DNA of 64,000 bases, taken from an uncultured delta proteobacterium (GTDB lineage Bacteria; Desulfobacterota; Desulfobacteria; Desulfobacterales; JAHEIW01). The stretch is from positions 96,001 to 160,000 of the forward strand of contig CAVPNL010000005.1 of assembly GCA_963706575.1 (NCBI GenBank). Direction: 5' to 3'. Each line of letters opens with the position of its first letter. Within the stretch, counting starts at the first letter, position 1. Shown here piece by piece: positions 32,428 to 42,183 of the stretch. A program made the position numbers and the translations under genes. The notes beneath the pieces were generated by a model that had not been told where the DNA came from, ran no database searches, and saw nothing but the letters and a program-made list of their open reading frames with translations.

Positions 32428-33264
32428 ATGATCAGTCTGAAAAAGCTTTTTACACCAGTAAAATCCATCAACAGAGAAGAAGCCAAAAAGTTTATGGCCG
32501 GAAAATCGGAAGGCGATTACACTCTTCTGGATGTGCGTCAGCCGGGTGAATATGAAGCCGAGCACATTCCCGGCGCTAAGCTCATCCCCCTCCCGGGCTT
32601 AAAGGATGGACTACGTCAGCTGGATAAACAAAAGCCGGTCCTTGTTTACTGTGCGAGCGGCGGTCGCAGCCTGGCGGCGGCGCAGCTATTATCCGGCCTG
32701 GACTTTAACGTAATCTACAATCTTCAGGGCGGCATCAAAGCCTGGCAGGGTCAGAAGGCTTCGGGGCCGAAAGAGTTAAACCTTGAGCTGGTGCGCGGCG
32801 ATGAAAAACCGGCTGAGATGATCGCACTGGCCTATGGCATGGAGATGGGACTCGGAATCGTATACCTTAATATGATTGAACGATCTGATGATCCTGAGGT
32901 TAAAAGTTTACTGGCAAAGCTGGCCGACATCGAGACCCTCCATAAAAAAAGACTTCTTGAAATACTTGCCGCGATCGATTCTGCGATCAGCGACACGGAT
33001 GCTTATGAGGCGGAACTCCGGTCGTCGATTCTCGAGGGCGGTTTTGGTCTGGATGATTTCATCAAAGAAAATGAATCTTTTTTTGGCTCCGTGCAGGGTG
33101 TTCTCGATCTGGCGATGATGCTGGAAACCCAGGCGTTGGACCTATACCTGCGATTCGCTGAGAAAAGTGGCGATGAACGAACGCAAAAGGTACTTTTTTC
33201 CATCGCAGATGAAGAAAAAGCCCATCTCGGTTCCCTGGGGGATTTGATGGATAAAAAGATTTGA
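32428..33264 (+). CDS. Rhodanese-domain sulfurtransferase fused to a rubrerythrin/ferritin-like domain
   Basis: LLDVRQPGEY..HIPGA, active loop YCASGGRS, GGIKAW; ExxH motifs ETLH and EEKAH. Confidence 0.85.
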   Translation: MISLKKLFTPVKSINREEAKKFMAGKSEGDYTLLDVRQPGEYEAEHIPGAKLIPLPGLKDGLRQLDKQKPVLVYCASGGRSLAAAQLLSGLDFNVIYNLQGGIKAWQGQKASGPKELNLELVRGDEKPAEMIALAYGMEMGLGIVYLNMIERSDDPEVKSLLAKLADIETLHKKRLLEILAAIDSAISDTDAYEAELRSSILEGGFGLDDFIKENESFFGSVQGVLDLAMMLETQALDLYLRFAEKSGDERTQKVLFSIADEEKAHLGSLGDLMDKKI

Positions 33265-34257
33265 TCACAAAACTGCGTTCATGCGCTTCAAGTCTTCCTT
33301 TTTGCCAATCACGACAATCACATCGCCGGCTTCAAGTTTTTCTGAAGGCGTTGGGTTGAATACCATGTCTCCGGATTGCTTTTTGATGGCAACAATGATG
33401 ACACCGTAATCTTTGCGCAGATGGCTGTCGATCAGGTTTTTGCCGATCAGGCTGGAATTGTCTCCGATTTTGGCTTCTTCCATCATCAGCCCAAGATGCG
33501 ATCCCATCATGGCAATATCAATAAAGTCCACCACAGTTGGTTTTTTCAGCATTTGGGCAATACGCCGTCCGCCGATCAGGTAAGGTGATACGACCCGGTT
33601 TGCGCCGGCTCGGAAAAGTTTGGCTTCGTTTTTTTCTTCAGAAGCCCGGGCCAGGACAAAAACATCGGGACGAAGACTCTTGGCGGTCATCGTAATAAAT
33701 ACGTTATTGGCATCCGAATTAACGGCGGTAACAATTCCTTTGGCCTCCATTATCCCGGCCTGCATCAGCGCTTCTTCAGTTGTTGCATCCATCTCAATGT
33801 AAAGGTATTTTCGGGATTCGATATACTCGATGACTGACGGCTCCTGTTCGATGACGACAAAATCAATATCGTCGGCATCCAGTTCGCTGCAGATTATTCG
33901 GCCGATGCGCCCGAATCCGCAGATGATAAAATGATTTTTTAATCCGGAAACCTGTTTTTGCACTTTTCTCCTCCCAAAAATTTTGACCAGCTCACCTTCC
34001 ACAAGGGCCCTGACCAGCATGCCAATCGTGTAAGCACCGACACTGATGCCCAGGACGATGATAACAACTGTTATGGAGCGCCCGACATGGGAAAGGGGGA
34101 TAACCTCCGAGAAACCAACCGTGGATAGCGTGATGATGGTCATGTAAAACGCTTCAAAAAGCGGCATGTGTTCAATGAAATAGTATCCAAAAGTGCCGAA
34201 GGCAATAATTCCGAACAACATCAGCAGCGCATATCGCAGTCTTTTCGTGTCCATCAT
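33265..34257 (-). CDS. Potassium channel protein with TrkA-N/TrkA-C (RCK) domains
   Basis: TLSTVGF pore loop, CGFGRIG Rossmann motif, C-terminal TrkA-C. Confidence 0.92.
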   Translation of the reverse strand: MMDTKRLRYALLMLFGIIAFGTFGYYFIEHMPLFEAFYMTIITLSTVGFSEVIPLSHVGRSITVVIIVLGISVGAYTIGMLVRALVEGELVKIFGRRKVQKQVSGLKNHFIICGFGRIGRIICSELDADDIDFVVIEQEPSVIEYIESRKYLYIEMDATTEEALMQAGIMEAKGIVTAVNSDANNVFITMTAKSLRPDVFVLARASEEKNEAKLFRAGANRVVSPYLIGGRRIAQMLKKPTVVDFIDIAMMGSHLGLMMEEAKIGDNSSLIGKNLIDSHLRKDYGVIIVAIKKQSGDMVFNPTPSEKLEAGDVIVVIGKKEDLKRMNAVL

Positions 34258-34342
34258 AACTCAAATAATAGCAGATACCTCAAAAAAATAAAAATTAAAC
34301 TTTCGGTTCCAATGAAAGATTATTTGCGGGGCCTTAAAATTG

Positions 34343-34372
34343 CAGCGGCAGAGCCTAAAGGCTCTGCCGCTG
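34343..34372. terminator. Strong hairpin downstream of the HU gene
   Basis: CAGCGGCAGAGCC-TAAA-GGCTCTGCCGCTG perfect 13-bp stem; no clear U-tract. Confidence 0.55.
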
Positions 34373-34446
34373 ATATCACGAGATGGCTATAATGAAGATC
34401 CTGATTTAAAATCGTTTTTTAAACGATACGTAAACAGGCCAATGGC

Positions 34447-34716
34447 CTAATTAAGGAAATCTTTTAATGTTTTACTGGCAACAAACTTGGGCGCCTTGGA
34501 TGCTTTAATTTTTATTGCCTCGCCGGTCTTGGGATTTCGGCCCTTTCGCGCTTTTCTTTTTGTAACTTTGAAGCTGCCAAATCCCGCAATGGTGACCGAG
34601 CTGCCCTTCTTGATGGCTTTGGGGATGCATTTAAATACACAATCTACGGCGGCCTGCGCTTCCTTTTTGGTGCTGACAACTTTGGCGACTTCGCTGATAA
34701 GATCTGCTTTGTTCAT
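34447..34716 (-). CDS. hup: HU family DNA-binding protein
   Basis: MNKADLI, GFGSF, RKARKGRNPKTGEAIKI; AGGAG RBS. Confidence 0.95.
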   Translation of the reverse strand: MNKADLISEVAKVVSTKKEAQAAVDCVFKCIPKAIKKGSSVTIAGFGSFKVTKRKARKGRNPKTGEAIKIKASKAPKFVASKTLKDFLN

Positions 34717-34753
34717 TTAATTCTCCTTTCGCAAATTTGAGTTTTACACTCGC

Positions 34754-34951
34754 TTAAAGGCTGTTTTTACAGAGGGGACAAAATTTTCGAGGTGTGCCTC
34801 TTCCAATCCAATGAAAATTGATAATGTGGCGTTCGCCACATTTTGGACAGATACACTCGACTGCAGTTTTGTTGGGATCCGATCGCTCGCCCAGTTCCTT
34901 CTCTGTCATGCTGAGTGGCCCTTCATTTTCCATCCTAATTTTTTCTCCCAA
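34754..34951 (-). CDS. Small putative zinc-ribbon protein
   Basis: CxCPKC ... FCPLC; lies between dksA and HU on the same strand. Confidence 0.65.
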   Translation of the reverse strand: MGEKIRMENEGPLSMTEKELGERSDPNKTAVECICPKCGERHIINFHWIGRGTPRKFCPLCKNSL

Positions 34952-34954
34952 ACT

Positions 34955-35317
34955 TCAGGTGCCCATTATTTTTTCCAAAGCTTCCTGTTTGGTTTTACAT
35001 TGTATGCAATGCCTGGCAATCGGCCTTGCCTTCAGACGCGCCAACGTGATTTCTCTACCGCAATCTTCACAGATGCCATAATCTCCATTTTCGATGTCCT
35101 CTAAAGAATCGCGAATTTTTTTGATAAGCATGCTTTCACGGTCACGGATACGAAGAGCAGTACTCCTGTCGGATTCAAAAGAGGCACAATCCAGAAAATC
35201 GGCCGAAATCGCTTCGACGTTTAACAACCCTTCAACCGTATTGATCGCAGAATGTTTCAATTCTTCCAACCAGGCTGTTAAAAGGTTTTTAAAGTATTCC
35301 AATTCGTTTTCTTCCAT
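34955..35317 (-). CDS. dksA: RNA polymerase-binding protein DksA/TraR family
   Basis: DxxDxA coiled-coil tip (DFLDCA), YGICEDCG..I...RLKARP...CIQC; start likely 35317 or 35332. Confidence 0.9.
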   Translation of the reverse strand: MEENELEYFKNLLTAWLEELKHSAINTVEGLLNVEAISADFLDCASFESDRSTALRIRDRESMLIKKIRDSLEDIENGDYGICEDCGREITLARLKARPIARHCIQCKTKQEALEKIMGT

Positions 35318-35336
35318 TTTCAGAAGTCCCATCTGT

Positions 35337-35519
35337 TTAATTTTCAAAAAGGAAGTCATCTTCCGGAAGCAAATCTTTTGAACTCGAGATGTTTTCATCA
35401 TCAACCGGATCTATCTCATCATCATAAGAGAAATCGGATCCGTATAGATCTTCGAAGCCGAATTCTATTGCGGGATCCAGTGAGAATCTGGAAAGATATT
35501 TCCTGTCAGAATCATACAT
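35337..35519 (-). CDS. Small highly acidic hypothetical protein
   Basis: AGGAGG RBS, 60 aa, D/E-rich, stop just upstream of dksA. Confidence 0.55.
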   Translation of the reverse strand: MYDSDRKYLSRFSLDPAIEFGFEDLYGSDFSYDDEIDPVDDENISSSKDLLPEDDFLFEN

Positions 35520-35531
35520 GGTTCTTCCCTC

Positions 35532-35744
35532 CTAAAATTCAAAATCATATTTAACTGCAATACGGTAATTTCGTTTGCGGTCTTTCTGTTTTTTTTCCTC
35601 TTGAAAATCCTTTGTCCTGAATCTTTCTTTGCGACGCATCGGACTTCGCTTGGGTTCGTTTAAACCAGAGCCGCTGTAATTGTCAGGTTCATCATATGAT
35701 TCATCTAATTCGTCTCTATTCCGAAAGTATGTTTCTTTTTTCAC
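35532..35744 (-). CDS. Small charged hypothetical protein
   Basis: 70-aa ORF with acidic N-half and basic C-half; stop abuts the RBS of the next gene. Confidence 0.55.
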   Translation of the reverse strand: MKKETYFRNRDELDESYDEPDNYSGSGLNEPKRSPMRRKERFRTKDFQEEKKQKDRKRNYRIAVKYDFEF

Positions 35745-35765
35745 CTGGTCTCTCTTTCAGTCGAC

Positions 35766-35850
35766 TTGAATAATTTTCAGCCGAATACCTTGTTGGGTCC
35801 AAGACGTTTTTAACTTGATAATTCCCTGCAGCTTGCTGCAGGGAGGTTCA
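35766..35850. repeat. Diverged member of the PATE/REP-like palindrome family
   Basis: TTGAA at the left end; ATTCCCTGCAGCTTGCTGCAGGG hairpin at 35821-35843 then TTCA. Confidence 0.65.
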
Positions 35851-35865
35851 TTAACAAAAAAATGA

Positions 35866-36168
35866 TTAGACTTCCTTTACACTCGTCACGCTATTCTCCG
35901 GCTCATCATTTATGATCTGGTACTGTCGAACACTGAGAATTGCCCGACCATTCAGTTGTTCTCTGAGTTTACCCTGAACCGACACTTTCTTATACGTCAG
36001 ATTCAATAATTCCTTGCCGGCGCCGCTGAAGTCGATCTGATATTCTTTCTGGTTGTCCGTATGGATGGCAATTCGGGCCGGTTTGCCCCGTTCGTTCCAT
36101 CTCGATGGCAAGATGATTCCTATTACGGGTGGTGGAGCGGATTTCTTCTTGTGGTTTTTGATGTGCAA
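35866..36168 (-). CDS. Small hypothetical beta-rich protein (cytoplasmic type), paralog of 40206-40442
   Basis: GIILPSRWNERG..IAI....KEYQI...KVSVQG...LSVRQY; GAGGTG RBS. Confidence 0.75.
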   Translation of the reverse strand: MHIKNHKKKSAPPPVIGIILPSRWNERGKPARIAIHTDNQKEYQIDFSGAGKELLNLTYKKVSVQGKLREQLNGRAILSVRQYQIINDEPENSVTSVKEV

Positions 36169-36233
36169 AGTTCACCTCGATGTGAATATAGTATCTATAG
36201 TTTGCAGAGGATAAAACGGTGAAATGGCTATTT

Positions 36234-36521
36234 TTATTCCGGAATAGCTTTAAATGACTTCACTGTAATTATTTTCATCTCATCTTCTTCTTTGACGGTT
36301 CCGGTTACCTGCACTTTTACAGCGATATAGTTAAATACCAAGTCATCGCCCTTCGGCGTATTGGCAACCTCATAGATTTGACCATCCGCCACGATCTGAT
36401 GGGCATCATTCACCTCGCCGACAATGGTAATATCGCCTGCGAAGGATATATATGAAAAAAATAAAAACGCTACCGTAATGCACAAAAGACCGGCAAATAT
36501 GATTTTATTTCGTTCTTGCAT
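36234..36521 (-). CDS. Small secreted hypothetical protein, paralog of 39858-40145
   Basis: Signal peptide, then ITIVGEVND..QIV..G..YEVA...KVQVTGTV.E....KIITVKSF. Confidence 0.78.
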   Translation of the reverse strand: MQERNKIIFAGLLCITVAFLFFSYISFAGDITIVGEVNDAHQIVADGQIYEVANTPKGDDLVFNYIAVKVQVTGTVKEEDEMKIITVKSFKAIPE

Positions 36522-36620
36522 TGGAAAATTTTCTCATTATTCCATTTTTAGATGAGCGAGCTCAGGTGCAAGTCTGTCTCCTGTTTGAAGCATGAGCGGA
36601 CATCATCCGGACGAATATAT

Positions 36621-36637
36621 AGCAACTGTTGTGCCAA
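36621..36637 (-). promoter_or_regulatory. Sigma-54 (-24/-12) promoter A
   Basis: Minus strand TTGGCACAACAGTTGCT (GG-N10-GC); IHF-like TTTCAGTAAGTTA at 36643-36655. Confidence 0.85.
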
Positions 36638-36690
36638 TTTTATAACTTACTGAAATTACGTTTAAAAATAATATTTTTAAGCAAAAATGG

Positions 36691-36833
36691 GGAACCGGTT
36701 GTTCCGAAAACAGTTGCGGAGTAAGGCAATGCGGGGGCAACGGGAAAGGATATTATCTAAGCTTTTGGAATAATTGATAATAAAATCGGAATCCTAAATT
36801 CCGATTTTATATCAGGTAGGAATTGAAAGTTCC
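36691..36833. promoter_or_regulatory. Three GGAA-N7-TTCC enhancer-like palindromes (36691, 36788, 36819)
   Basis: GGAAccggttgTTCC, GGAAtcctaaaTTCC, GGAAttgaaagTTCC; same layout recurs at other sigma-54 promoters. Confidence 0.8.
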
Positions 36834-36839
36834 TGTAAA

Positions 36840-38102
36840 CTAAAGGGTCACACCAAAAAAATTGGCTAGCATAATATTCAGCCATCTGCGGAGTACGGCA
36901 TAGGCGTAATGCCGTGAAGCCACCTCATAATTGGTATTTACCATTTTTGTCCGACGATCCGGTGATTCCAGAACTTCTTTGACGGTTAACACCGTTTTGC
37001 CCGTCAGGTATCCATCCATAACGATTAAATCAAATCCTTTCGGCTCGATATCCTGCACAAACGTAGCATAGCGGTTGATCAGCAGCGGTTTTTTAAAATA
37101 AACGGCCTCTAAAAATGCATTACCGAAACCCTCATATAAACTCGGGTAGGTAATCAAATCGGCGTGCGGATAAACATCCCAGAGCGAACAGGTTTCTTTG
37201 TCGTTCACATCCGGATTCATCGGATCGGACATATGGATGTTGACCAGGCGCAGATCAACACCGCGTTGTCTGGCGTCTTCTTTGAGCCATTCTAAATACT
37301 CCCATCCTTCATCGCCGGCTTCATGGGATATAATCAGTTTATAGCGTGGATCATTTAGTTTTTCGACCAATTCGATGGCATGCTCGATACCCTTGCGCTG
37401 AATGATTCGGGTGGGTTGTAATATCTTAACATCATCCGTTTGCAACCCGATGGATTGCCAGAAGGCGTCGGTGTGCCTTTCGTTGATTTGGGGTGGATTT
37501 TCAAAATCGAGCACGTTGGGGATGATAATGGAGGATATTCCTGTGCGCAGGGCGAGTTCTTCCTGTGCGGCCGAATTGATGACCACATGTTCAATAGTGG
37601 GCAGTTTCGGCGGAAACGCCATTCTGAGATAATCGCCGACGGCATTGACCGCAAAGCGGGTCCTTTCCCAGTAAAAATCATGATGGTGGGCAATGGTGGC
37701 AATCTGAGTCTCTGCAATTATTTCGGTCAGCGCAATACCCAGAGGGATGTGAATTGGAATGGTCAGGATATTTTCAGCTACCAGAAGATCGATCTCAAAT
37801 GTTCGGATAAATTCTTTAAGCTGTTTTTTTAGATGGGTTTTTAAATCGTAAATCGCGTCGGTAACAGCTGAATCGCGTCTATTTTTGCCGAATATCTGCG
37901 AGTTGATCCATTTGTTTTTTTCATGCTGAAAAAATGCTTCGGGAACCAGAAAGCTGCGCTCCGGACTGCGGTCCAGCAACCCTCCGAACCAGAAATAGCG
38001 ATGTCCACATTGCTTGAAAACTGAGGCCCATTTACTGGCTTCTAAGGTAACCCCATCTGTTCCCGCAAAACGGGTTGATACGAATCCGATATTTTTTTGC
38101 AT
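36840..38102 (-). CDS. Glycosyltransferase family 4 (resembles mannosylglucosylglycerate synthase-type enzymes)
   Basis: RFAGTDGVTLE..KW, HHHDFYWER, QPTRIIQRKGIE, YPSLYEGFGNAFLEA. GT4 fold is secure; substrate is inferred. Confidence 0.85.
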   Translation of the reverse strand: MQKNIGFVSTRFAGTDGVTLEASKWASVFKQCGHRYFWFGGLLDRSPERSFLVPEAFFQHEKNKWINSQIFGKNRRDSAVTDAIYDLKTHLKKQLKEFIRTFEIDLLVAENILTIPIHIPLGIALTEIIAETQIATIAHHHDFYWERTRFAVNAVGDYLRMAFPPKLPTIEHVVINSAAQEELALRTGISSIIIPNVLDFENPPQINERHTDAFWQSIGLQTDDVKILQPTRIIQRKGIEHAIELVEKLNDPRYKLIISHEAGDEGWEYLEWLKEDARQRGVDLRLVNIHMSDPMNPDVNDKETCSLWDVYPHADLITYPSLYEGFGNAFLEAVYFKKPLLINRYATFVQDIEPKGFDLIVMDGYLTGKTVLTVKEVLESPDRRTKMVNTNYEVASRHYAYAVLRRWLNIMLANFFGVTL

Positions 38103-38281
38103 CGTTTAAGGTCGACCTCCTTTTTCAATCTGCCGGTTGCGGGCGGGTATTCCTTATTTCCCGTTTACGAATACAATGTATTATCATATAATTAAACTTT
38201 ATGTTGAAAAAATTCGGTTAAGGCCTCGTTTATGTTAATTTTGGAAGGCACCCAAGTCAATACGAAAGGATTCGCGTTTTT

Positions 38282-39385
38282 ATGTTATTTCGTGAAAGCG
38301 ACATTGTAAAAATTAAACGGATGATGACATCCAGGTGGTTGATGAACAAACGATTTGCTTTCATACTATCTGTTTTCCTAGCATTTGGCGCTGTATACGG
38401 TAACGCTGAGGTTGCCGATGATTATTCACGCCTTCTTGAACTTATTCAACTCGATGATCAACAACAGCCGCTGTACGTTTTTAATGATTTTGAGGAAGAA
38501 TTCGATAAGGCCTGTCATCGGGCAACGCGACAGTATTTTAAAGAACATCCCGGTTTGATTCAGCGCATTAAAGCTAAACTTGAAGGCGGAAAGCTGCGGT
38601 GGAAACTCAGAAATCTGAAACATCGGCTGCTGTTTGTACCTGAAAACCGAACCGAATACGCCGCCCTCTACAAAAACTATTGCCTCGATGTCATCGATAC
38701 GATTCTGGACAAAACAGGATTCGATAATCCCTATGACAGCATTCAAACCTTAAGCCGCAGCAAACCTGTACGTCATGAAAAAAATGAGGGCGTCACTGCC
38801 TATATCGTTCATAATCTGGCCAAAGAATATGTCGGCACCTATATTTTTTCGAATCAAACCGATAAAAAAGCAAAAATTGAACTGGAAGGTAAACTCTATA
38901 GCGGTGATGTCGGCGCCTATACGAGCACCTTAATTATGAACGAAAACGGAACCATAGAATTCCTTAAAGACAAATATACCATCTGGCAAAACAGCGCCGC
39001 TAACCCTTACACGGCGTTAATGGTACCAGCTGAAGAGACCTTGCACATTACATTAAGAGGGTTCACCGAGAGCGCCATTGAACAGGCCCTTGAGCAGAGA
39101 CATCACAACAGCTTAAAAATCATGGAAAAAATTGTGGAAGACTGGATGGCTGTTGAAGAGGCGATTGTCGGGGGCATCGTCTATCAGCTGTTGCCGCATA
39201 TCCTGGAAGAACACTTCAAGGATCTGTCGGCGTCCCACATCGAAAAGGATATTTTAGCTAAACGCCAATTTGAAAAATATCGACATCTGGCAAAAGGAAT
39301 CACTGTTGTAGAGGAAATCGGTTATAGGGAAGCCATCCGGATGTATTCAAAAGATCCGGCGGCATTCAGAGACCTTCTGTTATAA
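38282..39385 (+). CDS. Hypothetical exported protein (start probably nearer 38342)
   Basis: 367-aa ORF with signal-peptide-like MNKRFAFILSVFLAFGAVYGNA; no family recognised. Confidence 0.65.
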   Translation: MLFRESDIVKIKRMMTSRWLMNKRFAFILSVFLAFGAVYGNAEVADDYSRLLELIQLDDQQQPLYVFNDFEEEFDKACHRATRQYFKEHPGLIQRIKAKLEGGKLRWKLRNLKHRLLFVPENRTEYAALYKNYCLDVIDTILDKTGFDNPYDSIQTLSRSKPVRHEKNEGVTAYIVHNLAKEYVGTYIFSNQTDKKAKIELEGKLYSGDVGAYTSTLIMNENGTIEFLKDKYTIWQNSAANPYTALMVPAEETLHITLRGFTESAIEQALEQRHHNSLKIMEKIVEDWMAVEEAIVGGIVYQLLPHILEEHFKDLSASHIEKDILAKRQFEKYRHLAKGITVVEEIGYREAIRMYSKDPAAFRDLLL

Positions 39386-39423
39386 TCGGGTCCGCACGGA
39401 TCCGCCTTCATCGATTAAAATTC

Positions 39424-39786
39424 TTACGCGGCCTTATCTGCGGTTCTTTTAATATCAACCCAACCGCTGTCTTTGTGGAAACAACCCTCAAACAGAATCA
39501 TTTGCGGGAAATTATCTAAGGAGTTAAAGTCCCTAACTGACACATCACTGATGACGGCATCCTTGGGATCGAAAATCCTTATTTCAAATTTGCGTTTTTC
39601 TGTTGTTGGTCGCATGACTCCCTTCAACGACCAAACCCAATCCGGGTCGAGCTTTAACTGCGTAACCAGATACATTCCAATTCGATCCGGCAAATCTTTA
39701 GGTTTCGGCAATTTTGAAGACCTCTGGTTTAAACTCTGGTCATTTTTATTATCAGTTTTCCAGAATTTCCAGTTCATCAGTTTCAT
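39424..39786 (-). CDS. Conserved hypothetical protein
   Basis: 120-aa ORF, KLPKPKDLP..IG.YLV....DPDWVW.LK...IRIFDP...ILFEG; RBS present. Confidence 0.7.
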   Translation of the reverse strand: MKLMNWKFWKTDNKNDQSLNQRSSKLPKPKDLPDRIGMYLVTQLKLDPDWVWSLKGVMRPTTEKRKFEIRIFDPKDAVISDVSVRDFNSLDNFPQMILFEGCFHKDSGWVDIKRTADKAA

Positions 39787-39812
39787 CTCGTTTTTCCTTT
39801 TGATGTCTTGAC

Positions 39813-39843
39813 AAAAGAGAGGGGGACCTCCCCCCTCTCTTTT
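39813..39843 (-). terminator. Intrinsic terminator-like hairpin
   Basis: AAAAGAGAGGGGG-ACCTC-CCCCCTCTCTTTT immediately downstream of 39858-40145. Confidence 0.7.
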
Positions 39844-39857
39844 CTTAAGTTAAAATT

Positions 39858-40145
39858 TTATTCTTCAATAACTTTAAAAGACGAGATGGTTATGATCTTT
39901 GTCCCCTCAGACTCCATCACCGTCCCCTTTACGGTAACTTTACTGCCGACCATCTCCATGATCTGATCGCCTTCTTCACTTTCGGCAATATCGTAGGCCA
40001 TACCGTCATTATCGACCAGCTGACCGTCTTCGTTAATGACGCCGGAGATGCTGACTTCCGCACCGGCTATTGCGGTTCCTGAAAGAAAGACGGTTAGACC
40101 GATGATTAAAATTCCTAAAAAGATCTTCTTCATGTTTTTTTCCAT
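39858..40145 (-). CDS. Small secreted hypothetical protein, paralog of 36234-36521
   Basis: GGAGG RBS, signal peptide (AIA), VSISGVINEDGQLV...YDIA...KVTVKGTVME..GTKIITISSF. Confidence 0.8.
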   Translation of the reverse strand: MEKNMKKIFLGILIIGLTVFLSGTAIAGAEVSISGVINEDGQLVDNDGMAYDIAESEEGDQIMEMVGSKVTVKGTVMESEGTKIITISSFKVIEE

Positions 40146-40205
40146 TTTGCGTTCCTCCATGGTGCAGGTTGTTGACGTTGTCTTTAAAGACAAATTTTTG
40201 ATGTG

Positions 40206-40442
40206 TTAGACTTGGTTTTTCAGTTTGCTGAATTTTTTGACTTTAATAATCTTTTTCCCTTCTTTGGTTCGCAAGATTCCCTTTATCTTCACCTCCTGTC
40301 TTAAAAATGATTTTAATCTGGCAACCTGGTCTTTATCCCTAATCAGATACTCCTCTTCATCGCGAGCTGCGAGAACCAGGTCAACCACGTTGCCTTTATT
40401 ATCCCATTTGGCAGGAATTATGATGCCTTCTACACAGATCAT
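40206..40442 (-). CDS. Small hypothetical beta-rich protein (cytoplasmic type), paralog of 35866-36168
   Basis: EGIIIPAKWDNKG..V.L....EEEYLI...EVKIKG...GKKIIKVKKF. The ORF-track start 40520 overlaps the promoter, so ATG 40442 or TTG 40454 is preferred. Confidence 0.72.
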   Translation of the reverse strand: MICVEGIIIPAKWDNKGNVVDLVLAARDEEEYLIRDKDQVARLKSFLRQEVKIKGILRTKEGKKIIKVKKFSKLKNQV

Positions 40443-40503
40443 TGTGGCCTTCAATTTGCCGTTTGCGGTCCCATTTTTAGTTGCATGCTGACACCCATGT
40501 TTC

Positions 40504-40520
40504 AGCAACCACCATGCCAA
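40504..40520 (-). promoter_or_regulatory. Sigma-54 (-24/-12) promoter B
   Basis: Minus strand TTGGCATGGTGGTTGCT; IHF consensus match TATCAAATAGTTA at 40526-40538. Confidence 0.85.
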
Positions 40521-40573
40521 CTTAATAACTATTTGATATTAAATAATATATTTAATTTGACCGAATTGCGGCC

Positions 40574-40722
40574 GGAACTGCCAGTTCCCAAATTTATAAA
40601 GTGGCAACCACAGATACACATGAAAAGTGGAGAGAGAGAACACAAATGGGTGGTCTGCTAAAGGAAAATACGGACAGGAAATCTGAATTCCGAAATTAAT
40701 CGTTCTCGGAATCACCGGTTCT
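40574..40722. promoter_or_regulatory. Three GGAA-N7-TTCY enhancer-like palindromes (40574, 40677, 40708)
   Basis: GGAActgccagTTCC, GGAAatctgaaTTCC, GGAAtcaccggTTCT. Confidence 0.8.
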
Positions 40723-40751
40723 GATTTTAAAAAAACAGCTGCTGGAGGGGT

Positions 40752-42155
40752 TTACAGGGATTTAAATTCTTCTTTTTTGATCCCGTATTTATTCATCAGC
40801 TTGTTGAGCTGGCGGGTGCTGATCCCGGCCGCCTCAGCCGATTCACCAATCTTTCCTTTATGGTGGGCCAAAACATCTTTTAAATAGTTTCTTTCAACCT
40901 CTTCAATCCCGCGCTGCCGCGCCTGGGTCAATGTCAGGTCCTCACTTGATGGGATAAATACGGGGGTGGATTCGGATGCAAAGAGTTCGTTGGGAAAACT
41001 TTCCGGAGTTAGCACGTCTGAAGTTTCCAGTATATAAGCCCGTTCGATTAAATTTTCCAACTCCCGGATATTACCCGGCCAGGAATACCTGCTGAAGGCT
41101 CCCAGCACGTGGGGATGCGTTGAATGTATTTTTTTCAAAGAAAAATTATTCAGTTTTTTTAGAAAGGTCTCGATAAACAACGGGATGTCTTCAACTCGTT
41201 CGCTTAATGCCGGTATTTCGATGGGAAATACATTCAGTCGGTAGTAAAGATCTTTTCTAAATTGTCCCGCGTCGCACATCCTTTGCAGGTCGGCATTGGT
41301 GGCGGTTATTACCCGGACATCCGTTTTAAGGGTTTCTTCACCGCCCACGCGTTGAAAGGTTCCATCCTGCAGAACCTGCAATAATTTGATCTGGGCTGAA
41401 GGCGTAATCGTACCGATCTCATCCAAAAAAATGGTTCCGCCGTGGGCGATTTCAAACTTTCCTAATTTTCTTTTTATGGCTCCGGTGAAAGCGCCCTTTT
41501 CATGTCCGAACATCTCACTTTCAACCAGCGTGTCCGGAATTGCGCCGCAATGGACACAGATGAATTGAGCATCCCGACGGTTACTGTGTTGATGAATCAG
41601 TTTTGCCAGAACACTCTTACCGGTTCCCGTATCTCCCGCAAGCAATACCGTGCTTTTAGTTGGGGCAACGGAGCGGATTTTGTCGAATGTTTTTTTCATT
41701 GCAGCGTTTTTTGTCTGCACAAGCTCAAGCGCATCAACGTCCCAGAATTGATCTCGTAAATAATCAAGCTGCGATTGTATCATTATGGACTCTGCAATGC
41801 TATCAGCGACATGCGTTACTTCCTCTGGATCTGCAGGCAAGGGAAGATAGTCACTCGCACCGGCTTTCACTGCTTTTATGGCTTTGTGAATCTGATTATT
41901 AGGGGCCATAATGATTATTTTAATTGTTGAGTATATTTGCCAGAAAGGCTGCATGGCCTCTTTGTAGTTTTCATCAGGTACTTCTTCAATAAGGATGTCC
42001 AGGTCAATGAATATAAGGTCGTAGCGTCTTTTAGGTAGTAATTCCACTGTCTGGTGTTTGGTAGACGCACGATCCACACGATAACCCGATGGGAAGCAAG
42101 AACGTATGGTATGGAACAATTTTTGTTCGGAGGTGGTAACCAGAATAGATTTCAT
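40752..42155 (-). CDS. Sigma-54-dependent Fis-family transcriptional activator (NtrC-like) with atypical receiver domain
   Basis: [49 protein letters not shown] and C-terminal HTH. Confidence 0.95.
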   Translation of the reverse strand: MKSILVTTSEQKLFHTIRSCFPSGYRVDRASTKHQTVELLPKRRYDLIFIDLDILIEEVPDENYKEAMQPFWQIYSTIKIIIMAPNNQIHKAIKAVKAGASDYLPLPADPEEVTHVADSIAESIMIQSQLDYLRDQFWDVDALELVQTKNAAMKKTFDKIRSVAPTKSTVLLAGDTGTGKSVLAKLIHQHSNRRDAQFICVHCGAIPDTLVESEMFGHEKGAFTGAIKRKLGKFEIAHGGTIFLDEIGTITPSAQIKLLQVLQDGTFQRVGGEETLKTDVRVITATNADLQRMCDAGQFRKDLYYRLNVFPIEIPALSERVEDIPLFIETFLKKLNNFSLKKIHSTHPHVLGAFSRYSWPGNIRELENLIERAYILETSDVLTPESFPNELFASESTPVFIPSSEDLTLTQARQRGIEEVERNYLKDVLAHHKGKIGESAEAAGISTRQLNKLMNKYGIKKEEFKSL

Positions 42156-42183
42156 ATTTTTCCTTGATTCCGAAAACGCTAAA

